This document shows positions 11,510 to 24,685 of a stretch of 64,000 bases of DNA, in pieces. The notes under the pieces were generated by a model. That model saw only the letters and a list, made by a program, of their open reading frames with translations. It was not told where the DNA came from and ran no database searches. Origin of the DNA: Raillietiella orientalis. Lineage: Eukaryota. The stretch is from NCBI GenBank assembly GCA_036172245.1, contig JAYWIR010000013.1:4402001-4466000 (forward strand), given 5' to 3'. Both the position numbers and the translations under genes were made by a program. Every line of letters starts with the position of its first letter. The first letter of the stretch is position 1.

Positions 11510-11696
11510 CATATTTTTCTTTTTATTTTTTTATAGTAGTGTATTTGTGGTCCCCTCCCTCCCGTTGCGAACTTTCGGCATACCGACCTGCGTGTCCGGG
11601 ATCCCACCCCCTTCGTCTCTTGTTTTTCCCTTTGGCCAGGAACTCTGTTCCCGGATAGTTTTCAATAAACTCCCCGGCGCATCCGGGTGATAACCA
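11510..11696 (+). repeat. second copy of the L 3' UTR; inverted repeat of 10773-10957
   Basis: Reverse-complement match along about 185 bp, including GTGTATTTGTGGTCCCCTCCC, GGAACTCTGTTCCCGGATAG and the terminal TGATAACCA. Confidence 0.9.
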
Positions 11697-11699
11697 GGA

Positions 11700-11965
11700 A
11701 CACACTTGTCTGGAGCTTGATGCAATCCAGGAAAGGAAGCAGAGGTCGCCCTGTAGAGGAGAGTAATCCCTTCCCTTGCCCTCATATTTTTCCTTCCTTT
11801 CTTTGCTTTTTCTTTTTGTTGGCACCTCCGCTGTCGAGGCGAACCTCGCCGACCTGAGCGCCGGTGACTCGACAAGTTAAGAGCATTTTCGGACGATGTA
11901 GGTCCGACGGCCCTGCCCGAGGTTGTTTGCTATTTTCTGTAGTGAACTTCTGGGCGTGCCTTCTA
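11700..11965 (+). mobile_element. degenerate LINE 3' end (ORF2 tail / 3' UTR)
   Basis: TAATCCC + pyrimidine tract + CCTCCGCTGTCGAGG... resembles the 3' UTRs of T and M. Weak terminal motif at about 11940-11960. Confidence 0.5.
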
Positions 11966-13127
11966 TCAGGTCGCTCGTCGAAGAGATTAGCCCGAAATGC
12001 CGCGGAACAACAAGCCGATGAGGAAACTTTCATCAACTTCCGCCTGCTGCATTTTTGGACGGCCAAGTCGCATGTACGACTCGCGTTCCGAGTTTGGTTC
12101 CCTTTCGCTGACCAACCGAACGGACATTGAAACTGACAGAGATAGGAATCCCGAAGTTGTAGTTGGTCATTCCGCAGATGACAGGAAAATGAGAATGTTG
12201 AGCCTCCGGCCCGCAAGTGGCAGTCCAAGTTGTGGTCATTCTTTGTGGAAGCCAGACGTCTGACGGCCATTCCGCGACCTTCAATCAGACTACTGCAACG
12301 AATATAGTGAACTCTGCGGCAGCATTCAACTACTATGTGTTTGAATTCTCTTCTTGAGTAGAAGAAAAGACAAAACGAATTTCAAAAGAGGTGGAGCGAC
12401 GGTGAGGAAGAGCAGAAGGTGAGTTAAGGACCCAATTTGTGCTGTTATGAAAGCGTTTTCTATGAAGACAACATTCTTCCCCCGTCACCTTCACTTTATT
12501 TTCGAACGTTCAGAGGCTGTTAATGAGGCTGAGTTTCGATTATCGTGACTTTGTGAACGTTAGTTTGCAATCCAGGCTTCTCAATGCGCACAAAACATAA
12601 AAGGGTGTCGAGAGTACTGCTTTCATTGGCAGATTAAAATCCCTAGAATGAAAGTTCCGTTAACACATCTAGACCACGGTTTTTGATATAACGCTGGCTT
12701 ATATTTGCAATCTTTGTGTTCCGAAAAAATTGCTACGTCATTAGGGGAAAATTTCGAGAATTACTACATGGGCTCCATCAGTGGACGTCGGAAATAATGC
12801 GTGAGCTTTCGTAATGCTGAAAATCATCCACTCTGATGTTTTTCTTTATACATTGAACAGCTAGCAGACTTTGAAAGAATTTGCAATCCAATGTAAAAGA
12901 TCGCGGATGCGCTCTCTGAGTATTGGTCGCCATAGTTCGTGTGAAGATGTAATTTTGTAAACAATTAATTATTTCAACCGATTAGACATCGACTGAAGGA
13001 ACCAAACCAATCGATAGATGGCAGAGAAAATTGCGTTTTCCTCCTCTTCAATTCTACTATGTACTCGATGTTTGGTGTGTATAGCGTCTTCCGCATAGCG
13101 TGTGTGTAAGAGGATTAAAAACCTTAC

Positions 13128-13463
13128 TCTTCTTTAGAAATTTGATATACGCAATCGCAAATTTCCTCTGGTGCGGAAATGCTGACAGAAACTTGAATTG
13201 AGGCGTTTGAAGATGACTGAGGGTAGCTGTTATGGTTTGCTTCAAATATTTGAAAGTACTACCTCTATAAGTAGGACACAACTTCCAGGTTCCACTGGGT
13301 GCCAAACCATCTCACATTCTTTCATTTTTTCATTATTCTTGGAAAAGGTGTTGAATTCACAGGGTCCAAAATTTTCACGAAATCTCAAGTTGTCGCTGGC
13401 ACAAATAAAGGAGGTGACACTAAAGCAACTGGCAAGGATCGCACTTTTTACCAGATAAAATAA
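13128..13463 (-). CDS. two exons (13463-13263, 13216-13128) of host gene 1, Cys-patterned putative secreted protein (partial model)
   Basis: Acceptor TTTCTCTTTTTCAG, donors GTAGTA and GTAAGG, 46-nt intron. The spliced frame is open: LFYLVKSAILASCFSV...PCEF...ECEMVW...SCVLLIE|SSSNASIQVSVSISAPEEICDCVYQISKE. Structure mirrors gene 2. Start exon not located. Confidence 0.6.
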
Positions 13464-16312
13464 CTGAAAAAGAGAAATTAGCGATTTCAAATCAAAGGAA
13501 GTGATCAGCACTTTTGTTACGGAATACACTCAAAGAGAAATTTGATACTCCTGCTGTGCTCTTGTCGGAGTGGGCAGCCACAAGAACACCGTGGAATGGT
13601 CGTCATTTCCATATCAGGTTTCGCACTTTGCAGTTACAACGACCCTCGTTATTACTTGGATGACCGTGATAAATCGCCACTCCTTCATCAATTGCTGAGT
13701 GCAAATACCGAGAATTCGGGTGATTTTCAGAGTTGGTAAAATGGGACGCATTGAAAGGCAATAAGAACCATCGAAGACGATTACACGTTGCGAGCTCGTG
13801 CAACCTCATTAGTGCAATGGGAATACACTCATGCTTTTCTCTATGAGCATAGCATTGACCTTAGTGTCCCCTTATTTCGTATAACGCAGAAAAGTGAGAG
13901 ACGCATTACAAAGCGCGTTCGGCGATCCAAACGCATTCTGAGACGATGCGGACGGTTAGGAAAAAACTCAACAGAGAACGATGCAGTTTCATCCCAAGTA
14001 GCCACACGAAGATGAAAGGCTTTTGACGACCACGCATTCGCCGTACACATTGCTTTAGGGCTGCGTTTGGAAAGAAGACCGTAAACCTGTCTCGCCCACC
14101 GATTGCCTCTGGCCATCTGATTAGACGCCTTCCCAGCATGCTCATTATGGAGGCAGCCTGCAATCCTTCGCCATGGCGGCTGTACAAGGCGCCTTGTAGC
14201 GGAGGCTCACTGGTCGGAGATTCAGAACCGATGGTTACCATTGAGGAAGCGCAAACGAATTCTTCCCTCCTAAAGCACACCGCGCTCCACTGCAGTCAAA
14301 AACCATAGGGTCTTACAACTCGTGGTCTCTGTATCTGCGGCATGCATGCAGGGAATTCCTACCAGGCTATCCATCTTCAGCAGCATCTCCCTCTTCTCTG
14401 TGGATACTCGAACCTGTTATTCACTAAGCCTCAGAGCACTGATGCCTGACTGCATCAGTTGTGAGCAACTGGTTGGAGATTTCTGAAAGTGCGCCATTCG
14501 CTCACACTTATCTGGCAGTGATGCAGACATGGCGTGTAAATGAACACTGAAAAACGTGCAGTCATCCTTCGCAAAATCTGCATAATAGAGATGCGTGCAA
14601 TGTCTTCATTTTCCCAGCATGTGCTGAAGAGAACTTTGAGAGCCGTTCACAAAGAACATCGGATGAATACTGCCTTTTCTCTCAGCGGAATGGGAAAAAG
14701 TTTAATAAAGGGTTTCCACAACTACGGAAAAGTATGGAAAAAGAAACATTCACCAAGGTGAGCGCAGAAAAATTAGAATAACCACCAACAAAAAATGCTA
14801 CTTTAGATGACGTTATGATGGATAACGTCAATCTGATATCGAAAGGAGAATACAGTTTTCCATTTTTATGTGACCAGGACGAAACCCTGCAATGCAAAGT
14901 GCTCACGGCTGCCCTTTCCAAAGGCATCATCGAAGAATCCCTTAGTCCTAAAGTCCTCTGTGGGTGCGTTACTCACGGAAAATGCCTACGAATACTTGTC
15001 CCTGTTTTTCGCTTCCTGTCACCACCAGGAGCTCACCATAGGCGGCACAAATGGGGCTCAAAAATTGCCAAAAAGAGGTTTCTACGGAGTATTCGCGCAG
15101 ACACGTGTGCACGCCAGACAGGAAGAAGCATCACCATGGTAACTAAATCACACGCGTACACATCTGCGAGTTGCCTTTCCATATGGGAATGGTTTTTGGA
15201 TCAAATTCATCCTCATAGGAGACTTATCGAAAGATGAGGTGCATGCCGGGGGTTGTTCCTGAACGAATGAACTGTGACCTTTGAAAATCCAGGATTTTGC
15301 ACACGTTCCCTATTGTAGAAACGAATCCAACCTTCGTGAGTTTCATATATGGTTATTCCTAAAGCAGCCTCTTTACTGCTGGGGTCTTAAAAGCATGATA
15401 TCTTCTACAACGCCTAAGTTGTTCCTTCCTACCGGCACGGTGGGTATCTTCCTCATTTTCTTAGAGAAAAATGTGGGTTTTCCCACAAAATTGAAATCGG
15501 CAATGAATTTGTGGACATTCGGTAGGTGGGGTAGACTTCGCTGGTAATGTTAGAAGAGCATACTGAATAAAGTTGTCATGTACAGTGCACATTCATTTGA
15601 TTTTATTTCAAAGCAGCAACAGGTGATTCACACTACTTTGAGCTCTTCAATAATTAGCGAAAGATGACCACCAAGCAGTTCAAAGACGAAAACCAACAGT
15701 GAATGGTGAATGGCGTTTCCACAAGAAGAACATGATTCACAGGTGCATCCCTGAAATGGAACATTCGTTAGTGGATTGGACTCCATCACCTGAAAAGCCC
15801 TGTGCATGGCGTGTGCCGATTCCCAGTCTCCGAAGACCACGTAAATGGCGTTCATCAAAACTCTAAATGAGTACTTTTCTATATTTGACCTCTCGATAGG
15901 GAAAATGGTCAGCTTCTCGGTTGCTGCATGCGTCCTATCCGAGAAAGTGTTCAACAGAAATTGTGCGCTGCCCGTAAGGTTAGAGGCAGCTGCACTGATG
16001 GATTAGAAGATCCAGTTGGTTCTGGTTTCTAGGTAACACTGCAGGTAAAAGCATGATGGCCTTTGCAATTGAGAATGTTATTGAGCGTTTTCATGCAGAA
16101 GGGGCACTATGCAAACAAGCCCGCAAGCATCATACAAATTACAGGAATTGTTAGTATTCTGAAGACCACAATGTTGGGGTGACGAAACATAAGCAGCTCT
16201 GTTTCACGAAAAGCCTTCAAACTTACACGTCGCAAGCCGTCATGCATCTACACTTCATTGTACGTCATGCATTCTTCACGTCACACTATGCTGACTCCAA
16301 AAGAAGACTCAC

Positions 16313-16670
16313 TCTTTTTGTGATTGAGCACATGAAATTCTGCATGGACACTCCTTTGTAGATCCCTTTATTTCGAGTGTAACGTTGTAATTTTCACCCT
16401 TGAACTCCTGAAATCAGTGATTGCATTTTTCGTAACATACATTTGTGGTACCTGAAATTTGAGAAAACAAGATTCCTTGTATATATCTATGGCTGTCCTC
16501 CTCCATTCCAGGAAACATGGATTCGATACATTCTCGGGAGTCACGAGATCAACAGCACAATCTTTGACGTTGTCTTTCAAGAAAGAAAGAGCAAGATCTT
16601 CACCGCTTTCGGAGGAGTTACTGGCAGTGTGTAAGTTAGCCGTCACAGCGAGAAGCAGAACATTTGAAAC
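16313..16670 (-). CDS. two exons (16670-16452, 16407-16313) of host gene 2, paralog of gene 1 (partial model; may continue to about 15628)
   Basis: Same acceptor TTTCTCTTTTTCAG, 44-nt intron GTACCA...TTTCAG, donor GTGAGT. Frame VSNVLLLAVTA...DCAV...PCFLEW...SCFLKFQ|EFKGENYNVTLEIKGSTKECPCRISCAQSQK. Confidence 0.6.
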
Positions 16671-18504
16671 CTGAAAAAGAGAAATTGACAATTTGCAGTT
16701 CAATTCCGCAACAGAAGAAGAGTAGCTACTGATTCCCAATTAATTAGAAAAACTCGAGGACCTCAGTGCTGTCTTTGGACAGAAATTTTGCCTCGTGGCG
16801 ACCACATTCCACGGCTACGACCACCGTAAACGTTGCAAGAACGTTACAAGCATTCCAAAGGGATGAGCACAGTGGCCAAAAAACAACTTTTCCAACTTAC
16901 TCTATCCGTCAACCGCGATTTCGAAGACAAGAGATGCTATTTAGAGGCGAGCTCTCATGTGAGGCTCGAAATTCAACTGCCAAAGAGAAGAGAGCAATAA
17001 CGGATCATTGCACATATGAGCAGAGTGTATTGTTAGGACGTCAGCATACGAAGCATCAGCCCCGTCCCTCCGCTATCTCCGTTGTCCGCAGAAGACACGA
17101 CGACGTTTCCGAAAGCACGAATGATGATTTCTCATGCACTCTCAAGAAAAACAGCAATGCATGGAAACATCTTTCCAGGTCCCACAAAGAAAGCCCAGTT
17201 TTCAAAGCGAAGGCGCTTCATCGCCGGCACCCACTTCTTCGTGGAATTAGCGTGGGAGCAACTCCATTCGGAGAGCAGCCGTTCGCTCATTCGCAGCAGC
17301 GATGGCACGGCGTCTGCTCTTGGCAGTTCGATGGCACGCATTCTCGAGAACACTGCACGAGTAAGAAACTCGTGCACCATGGAAGCATTTGCAAAGTGAA
17401 CAAATTCAATCAAAGCAGTTGAAGAATTCGAAATCGGCGCCTCTTCTCGGAAGCAGTGCAAAGAGCTCAAAGAACTTTGTAGCTGATCTGAAGAAGAGGA
17501 TGCCATTTAGGCAACACATCCACATCCACAACAGGTGGAGTGGACCATCACCTATGAGCAGCATACATGCAAGTGGTTCTTACTATGTTATTTTTTTTCG
17601 GAAGCATTTTTCTTCACTTGGTGTAGATGGAGGTGTTCCACGTCTTGAATCCGTGCGCACAGAATTCAACCCACTACAGATCTGAGCAGCTGCAAGAGGA
17701 CCTCTCAAAGATGGCACAGATACGCGCACTTGTTGAAGGTTGAGAAATGGCATGTATGCATTACTAAAAATTTCTTCTTCATCAAAGATTTCAAACACAA
17801 GCACGTAGCAGACGCTTTACATCCAGAATTATTTATGTTTCGGCATTAACGTGCGTCCACGCGCAAACATTTCAGTCCGAGTAAACAGCTTCACTCGCAC
17901 ATTCCCAAGACAAAAGTTTGTCTCCTGTGGCAGAATTCGCGCGAATGTACGCTGATCAGAGCATTCCTTAATTGCAGTGAAAATGCATGGCACTATAACC
18001 AGAAGTGACCTTGCAGCAAAAATTGGACGTAATACTTCATGTCCAATCCGATATTTTCCAACTTTTGAGCTTACCACAAGTATTTCTGAAACAAGGACAC
18101 TTCGCAGCGCAATTATCAGCATCACCGTGGAGAAAGTTCCAAGTCCTACACTACGTTGTCGTCGAGCATCTAAAAAGAAAAGCTCGGAACAGTTTGCTCT
18201 CGCTTCTAAATTTTTCCTTGGAAGCCATTGTCATCAATCCCGGAAGAAAGACTTCCGGTCGTGCACAAAAGATGAGACACAAGCCCTGCTGTTCCGGGAT
18301 CACGGTGGTCGACGACACCCATGGTTTCCCCAGTATTTCGCTGCAATGGCCATGATTTGCCATCGCAGCTGTATCTCCATCGACTCCAGCGTCGAGAGGT
18401 CGGGTCCGCCGTTAACGCGGAACGCACAAGTCCATCAACGACCTTCTTCTGTTGCCCATGTCCACCCCGACGGCATCGCTCGAACATTTCTCCGAGCTGT
18501 TTCG

Positions 18505-18800
18505 TAGCGGAGGGGAGTGAGCATCAACGAGAGCAAGTGCATATTTGTCCCAGTAGGAGCGCCGTTAAAGGGAAGTTATAGGGATCCGCCTGGGGATCCC
18601 CACGGGCAAATACTTGAAGTACTTTGGAGCACCGTTGGGCGACTTCTGCGCTGAAGAAGCGTGGTCAGACGGCCTTCCGAAGGCAGAGTGCTATAGTTCC
18701 GTTCCGCGCTGGCAAGTTTGCTTTGCTGAAAAGAGAAGCCATATGGAAGAGCTTCGTTACCCCCTCTTCTTCCTCTGCTTATTCGTTTTCGTTTTTCCAC
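18505..18800 (+). pseudogene. isolated LINE RT thumb fragment
   Basis: IRLGIPTGKYLKYFGAPLGDFCAEEAWSDGLPKAE matches the ORF2s of the other copies. Confidence 0.75.
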
Positions 18801-18959
18801 CACTCCAGGCAATATAAATCCGGGAGCAGCGTCTCCTACGTAAAGCGTTGCAGGGCGTTCCAAGGTCCCGGAGAAGGGTGAAAAGAGTAAAAGATCTGGT
18901 GGAGCTACGACGGAATGCCGCTTTACGCAACCTGAAGATAGAGAAAATCGAGCTCCAGA

Positions 18960-19480
18960 TTTTCAGCCGCATATGCGGGGGAAATTATTCTTACAATTTC
19001 AGCAAAATTAAATTTTATAACAAAGTCTCTATGTTCATTCAGGCAGAATACGTGCTTGCGCCTGAATTGCAACATCCGTACTCACCGGGCCGCAGGCCGG
19101 GGAGGGCCTTCTCGCTGGCAAATGGTATGGGAAAACAACAAAAGAACAAAAAACGAAAAAGGGTGGGCGATTTTCTGTAGGAAGAAGATGGGAGGGAAGA
19201 AATCACTGCTCGCCGCGGGTGGTACTCTACATTCAGTTTTCGATAAGGACAAGTGTTGTTCTTACAGTTCGGAACCGGTGCCATCAGGAAGCCTTCTCCA
19301 TGCAGTTGGATGCCCAGTGAATGACATTCCGGCTGCTGAGGCCTCTCCCTGACGCAGTCCATTTATCCGGGATTCCGTATAAGCAGCCGAGAGCCTCACC
19401 ACACGCGGTTGCTGGCAGGGCGTCCTGAATCAGGAGGGAACTACGGTCTGCACTAGTCACTTACCCCCCCGACACTCTGG
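18960..19480 (-). mobile_element. old LINE 3' fragment
   Basis: The rc translation KWTAS...RNVIHWAS...KAS resembles the U C-terminus (NWATS...RNAIQWAA...KAS). A pyrimidine-rich UTR and an AATAA + CCGC-ATAT-GCGG hairpin follow at about 18965-18990. Confidence 0.55.
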
Positions 19481-21099
19481 ATGAGCTCCTGATCTTTCAT
19501 CAGGGAGACATCCTGAACATTCTGTTTCCAAGCCAGCGGGAACACAGAGATGTCCACGCAAAGGGAAGGGACAAGGATTTTTTTGGGGAGCTCACTGAGA
19601 AACTCACTTTACCAAATCATCCCTTTGCCCGCAAACGAGGAGTGGTGGCGTTCACCAACTCGCTCCTTTTGCAGCCGCTCGGGTGTTTCTCGACTCCTGC
19701 ATTGCTGCAGAACTCTTACCCTGCCGAATGGCTGCTGTCGTGACTTGCCCTGAGGGCAGACAGACACGAGGAAGCAAACGCAGTGATGCGAAGAGAAATT
19801 CGAGAGCATCAATCGTCTTCCGCCTGCGCGGTCGGTGACCGTCTGTTTGTCGGCGATGCGGCGCTCCAGCGTGAGGATCTCCAAACCGTTAAAGCCTCCC
19901 GTACGACTGTTGCGACAAGTGAAGAGACGCTGAACATCCAGGACTGAGAACAGCGGCTGCTCCTTTCTATTCTTTTTTTCTTTCTGCGTAGTCGACTTCC
20001 CAGCCGAGACCAGGTTCAACAGAAAGAGTTGTTTCTCGCAGTTCGTCTCTCTTTGCTGTCCTCAAAAGACGTCCGCAGGAGTCCTTGGTTTTCTCATAGA
20101 CAGACGCAAACCGCAGTTCGCTAAAAAGCGGGTCTGATAATCTTTGTGCCTGCAAAGGACAAAGGATTCTGTTTCACTTCGCATGACTGTTCACGCAGTT
20201 GCCTGCTCTTCGAAGGACTAGGCCGTTCTCTGGCGCAGAAGGTAATTCCGAGAGGTTACTGGGATGATCCTGAAACCTGGTTTGCCTGAAGGTTTACTGA
20301 CGAGCAGCGACTACATGGACAAGCAAAAAGGTCAGTTCTCATAGAACCGCGAACGGAAGTTCTGATGGGGGTTCCCTTCACCGTCACTCAGGTGAGCTTC
20401 TGATGGAGTCCCACACGAGAGGTTTAGGGCAGAAAATAACGGAAAGAAAAAAGGTACCTAAGGAAGTTAAGAAATGGGTAGAAAAGGAAATTAGTCGTCA
20501 ACCTGCGTTTCTGTATTCTTTTCCTCGTTCCTTCATAGCGGATTCGGGACGTTGATGCTGCGTGATTTACGCAGTCATGAAGATTGTCCTATGATCATGC
20601 TTCTGAAGCTAGAATCTCTCACTAATACAATGAGCCACTTACAAGCCTGTAAGCATCCGCAGGCTCATCCTATCCATCGGTTCGTCCAGCGATGCTCCAT
20701 GCTTCTCGACCCTGGGCGTCGCCCTGTTGACACGCAAGTCCACTCTCCGGCGTATCAGCTAAAAGGCAATGTTGAGCTTCGCCATCAGAGTATACCTGGA
20801 TAAGAGAGAAGCAGGTCATCAGCTTAGGCTGCTACTGGGCGTGCACGAGCAGGTCGTCGACACCTTGGTCGATGTTGTGCTCTACCCGCTCCGCACCAGC
20901 TCGAACTAGGCGATGAACACGATGGGACTCAGACCGCTACCTTGTCTTCTACGTAGACGCACCGAGGCACCTTAAACGTGGAGACCTCGAATATCAATGT
21001 CAATTAGCAAATCGGGCCACAGCAAGCGCAACTACTACAGTAGACGGAATAAAAGATCGAGGCCCTTCCGATGTTCCAGAACGAGCTCCTATCTCCCAC

Positions 21100-22274
21100 A
21101 GTCGAATGTTTTGTGCGCGCTGAGAGGAGGTGTTTTCTCGCTGCTTCTAGGTGCCAGGAACCCTTTGTAAGTGCAAGCGTCGTGTGATAAGACGGTCGAT
21201 CAAGCAGCAATCCCTGACACGACTACAAAAGGGCGAGGCGCCAGAGGGTAAACGCAACGTCGCGTCCATCGGGGATGGAGGTGGGGGCATCCCCTTTCAC
21301 AGAAACGGTCCTCGCTGCAACGCGTGCGTGGAGAGCCGTTGCAGCGGCGCATACACCTACAGACGTAGCGGCATTTAATGCCTACGTGGAGGAGGGGTAT
21401 AAACCCTCACTGTTCTACAAGGTAGGCAATCAGTATTGTTCCGTGAGAGAGAGCCTATTCTACAAAGGGATGCGCGCTCTCAATGTAAAAGAAAAGCTCA
21501 GCGCTATGACTATCCGCAGCGGAGTGTAGTACGTTGATGTCATCTGCAAACAGGCAGATCTGGCATAGCGTCTGCTGCAAACCCTCATGGTGAGAGTCAC
21601 GCCTAGGCTCCATCTCATAACAATAGACCGCCATCTGGTGGTCCACCATTTAGGTATTACTGCGCGGATGCGGAAAGAAAAGGTTCGCGCCGTGTTGGAA
21701 GATTTTGGAACGGTCCATGCGCAGTGGTCCAAACCTAGTCACTTTGCGCACTATTCCGGACTGCAATGCGGCCTCACGGATGCACGCGTCATCGTCCGGG
21801 AGAGCTTCAGTCTTCCCCACAAACTGGTGATAGGCGGCAGAACCGTCGACCTATGCTATGTGGGGAAGCCGAAATAATGTGGCTTCTGCAATACGTCCGG
21901 ACACCTCAAAAAGTGGTGCCCCAACGTGCAGTGTGAGGTATGCAAAAACATGTAACCACACACGGCAGGTGTGCCCACAAGCAGCTATTTGCGTAGTATC
22001 CGCGCGTAGCACGAGAAAACGCTCCATACAGCTACAAAAAAGGCTGGCGGCAAAAGCTGCCGCGAAGGCTGTGCCACCCGCACCCACGGCTCAGGCCGCA
22101 CCCGAGACCCCAGCGAACACCGCCGACAAGGTCGAGGTAAACGGCCAAGAGACTGGGTGGCAGGTGGCAAAAACCAAAAAAACAAAGAAAGAGGGAAGAC
22201 TAGAGGAAAAAATCGCCTACCAACAGAAGCAGAGCAGGGCAGTGCGATCATCGAAGATTGCAGCGTCGTCGCTT
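21100..22274 (+). mobile_element. 5' part of LINE X' (degenerate ORF1), cut at C-S-V-V by Z'
   Basis: EGYKPSLFYKVGN, GITARMRK...VHAQWSKP...HKLVIGGRTVDLCYVGKP, TGWQV and DCSVVA. Confidence 0.8.
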
Positions 22275-22276
22275 AC

Positions 22277-24684
22277 TACCCGGTACCTCAAGACGTTTAT
22301 TAATAAAAATCAGCTGAGTACTGCGTTCCTACGCATGGGGAACAGAAGATATGGAGGAGGGTTCCCGGCACGCAGGCCGCGCTCACTGAGAGTTTGGAAC
22401 GGAAGGTAAGAGAGAATAAACAAATAAATAGGATGGGAAGGTGGAGATAGAAGTATGCAGTCCAGCCGTTCCTATTCTCAGAACCGGCGATCAATGCCAC
22501 CGATCTTCGTCCTTACTTCTGGACCAAGTTGTGGCCACCCGGCAGCCACTTGCAGGTTGCAGGCTGCGGTGTCGGGGACCGATGTTGGGACTGCTAGCAT
22601 CTGCAATAGGTGGCGGGCCCTGACAGTGGCGCGGACGCAACAGATGATTGCGACGACCGCTACAAGAGGAAGACCACCACGCGTCTAGAAGCGGCGCATC
22701 CAATCCAGTGCGGTGTGTCCAGGGTGCAGGAGCGCTAAAGACAGCCGCCGCCACAGCTCCTGGAGGGCACCACATTCAAACAGTAAATGCGGAAGCCATT
22801 CCACCGCTGCGCATTTGACACAGTTCGGGGACGCAACTCCCCCGTAAATCAGGTGAGCGCGCTGGTTGCAGCACACACCCCAATGCACAGCGGAAAAGCG
22901 TCCTGTTTCCAACGAAGGGGGAAGAGAGTCGCGTCCAAACACGCAGAAGGGACCACAAGTTCTTCGGAGTGCACCTTGAGGAGCTCGCTCCACCGGAAAA
23001 GTCCCTTGGCACGAAGGCGAAGGGTGGCAGCGTCTACAAGCTCGCAAGTCCTCGAGCCGCCCAGCAGTCGGGTTTCGCCTGCGATTTCGCAAGCAATCTC
23101 CCACCTGGCCGGCAGGTCACTGTCGTCTCGCACCATCAGTGCACACAGTGCTTCGGCGAGTGGCGTAGCGGCTAGGCGTGTCCACTTATCCTGGTCTTCC
23201 AGCACCTCCCCCACTGGACAGTATGGGGAAAGGTTCACGCAACGGAGTTCCAAACGGGACACACCCTGTTGCGCTGCCCAGGACGAGAAGGCTTCCAGCC
23301 TCCAGGCGTTGAAGTTAGTCGGCCGGCAGAAGATCCATCCGTGCTTTCCCAGAAGCGAGGCGAACTGCTTCAAAGAGGAGCCGAATTCTCTCTGGGCGCG
23401 CTCCGTGCGCAGATGCAACGAACGTAGTCGGTCGCCACCCGTGCAGCGCCGCAGCAGCACTTATGCTGGAGAAAACCAGGAAGCGGTCCAAAACTGGGCG
23501 CAAAGTGCGGAACTGCACTAGCAGTCCGATCCGCTCCAGCGTCAGGATGCCCGATTCGGCATTCCGCCGAGGAGCCGCCAAGTCTTTGAAGTGTATCCTG
23601 AACCTCGCCTGTCCCCACAAGGCGTTTCGCAACAGGCGTTGCGCCCGACGCTTAGCCAAGTAGGGATGAGGACAAGCAGAAAAGAGGGGGAGGAGGAAGG
23701 GGGCAACGAAAACGATGCACATCAAGGCCCATTCCGACAGGAGGAACCTGCCGCCTTGGAACGGACCCAGAGCAGTCTCGGCCTTGTGAAGGCAGTCCGA
23801 CCACGCTTCTGCTGGACAGAAAGCGCCCAAGGGAACGTCAAGGTACTTCAAGCACCTGCCCGTGGGGATACACAGGCGGATCCAGTCAAACTGCCTATCC
23901 CACGAAGAGCGAACCGGTACAACGGTTGATTTCGTCCTGTTGACGCTCAGGCCCTTCCCCAACGAATGAGCTCCAAGAAGTCTTCGAGCCTTGACGCCGG
24001 GACATGCTTAGCAGCAGGAGAAGGTCGTCAGCATAGGCGGCCAGAGCCGGAGTTCCCGGGCAGGAGCTCGGCAGGTTGGCAGGGTCAGCACCAACTCAAA
24101 GAAGATGCTGAGGAGCAAGGGGCTTAAGCTGTCTCCCTGCCTGATACCCCGCCGTATGGGAACGCCGTTTACGTGGAGCCCGCTAAAAGAGATACAGCAT
24201 AAAGCGTGGTGCCAGCAGGAGCGCAAGTACACGATGAGGTGCGTAAGGAGGCCTAGGTGTGCCAGAAGCTCCAGAAAGAGGTCCTGGTTCACCCTAACGA
24301 ACGCTTTGCAGAGATCAACGGCCACCGTTAAGGCGACCGGTGTTTCATCGTGCCTTGAGCACCGCCGCTTACGTTGAACAGCAGCGCTCTCGACTGCGTG
24401 GCTCTGCTGCGCCACGCGCTGCTGCAAATCGAACCATGCTCGCACGAAAAGATTCGCGTCCATGGACCGGCCGGGAACAGCATACCTCTTCTACGGACTT
24501 ACCAAGGGCACTGCGATTTACCACATTGGCGCGACCCAAAGTTTGGAGGACAACTTGACGTCCGAATTCACCAAGGTGATCGGGCGTCAGTTGCTGAATT
24601 GGCGCATGTCTCCGATTTTCGGCAAAACACGCACCCTTGATGAACGGAAAGAAACGGGAACATCTCCCGTCTCCCACATCAACG
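22277..24684 (-). mobile_element. 3' part of LINE Z' (decayed RT to 3' UTR)
   Basis: RRGIRQGDSLSP, CLKYLD and PNCVKCAAVEWLPHLLFEC. Collinear with 2111-4550. Confidence 0.9.
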
Positions 24685-24685
24685 C

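Noticed and set aside
16766..18507. Plus-strand ORFs (218 aa, 176 aa, 116 aa) in the low-GC island
   Set aside because: No recognisable motifs or supporting splice pattern, so they cannot be called as genes.
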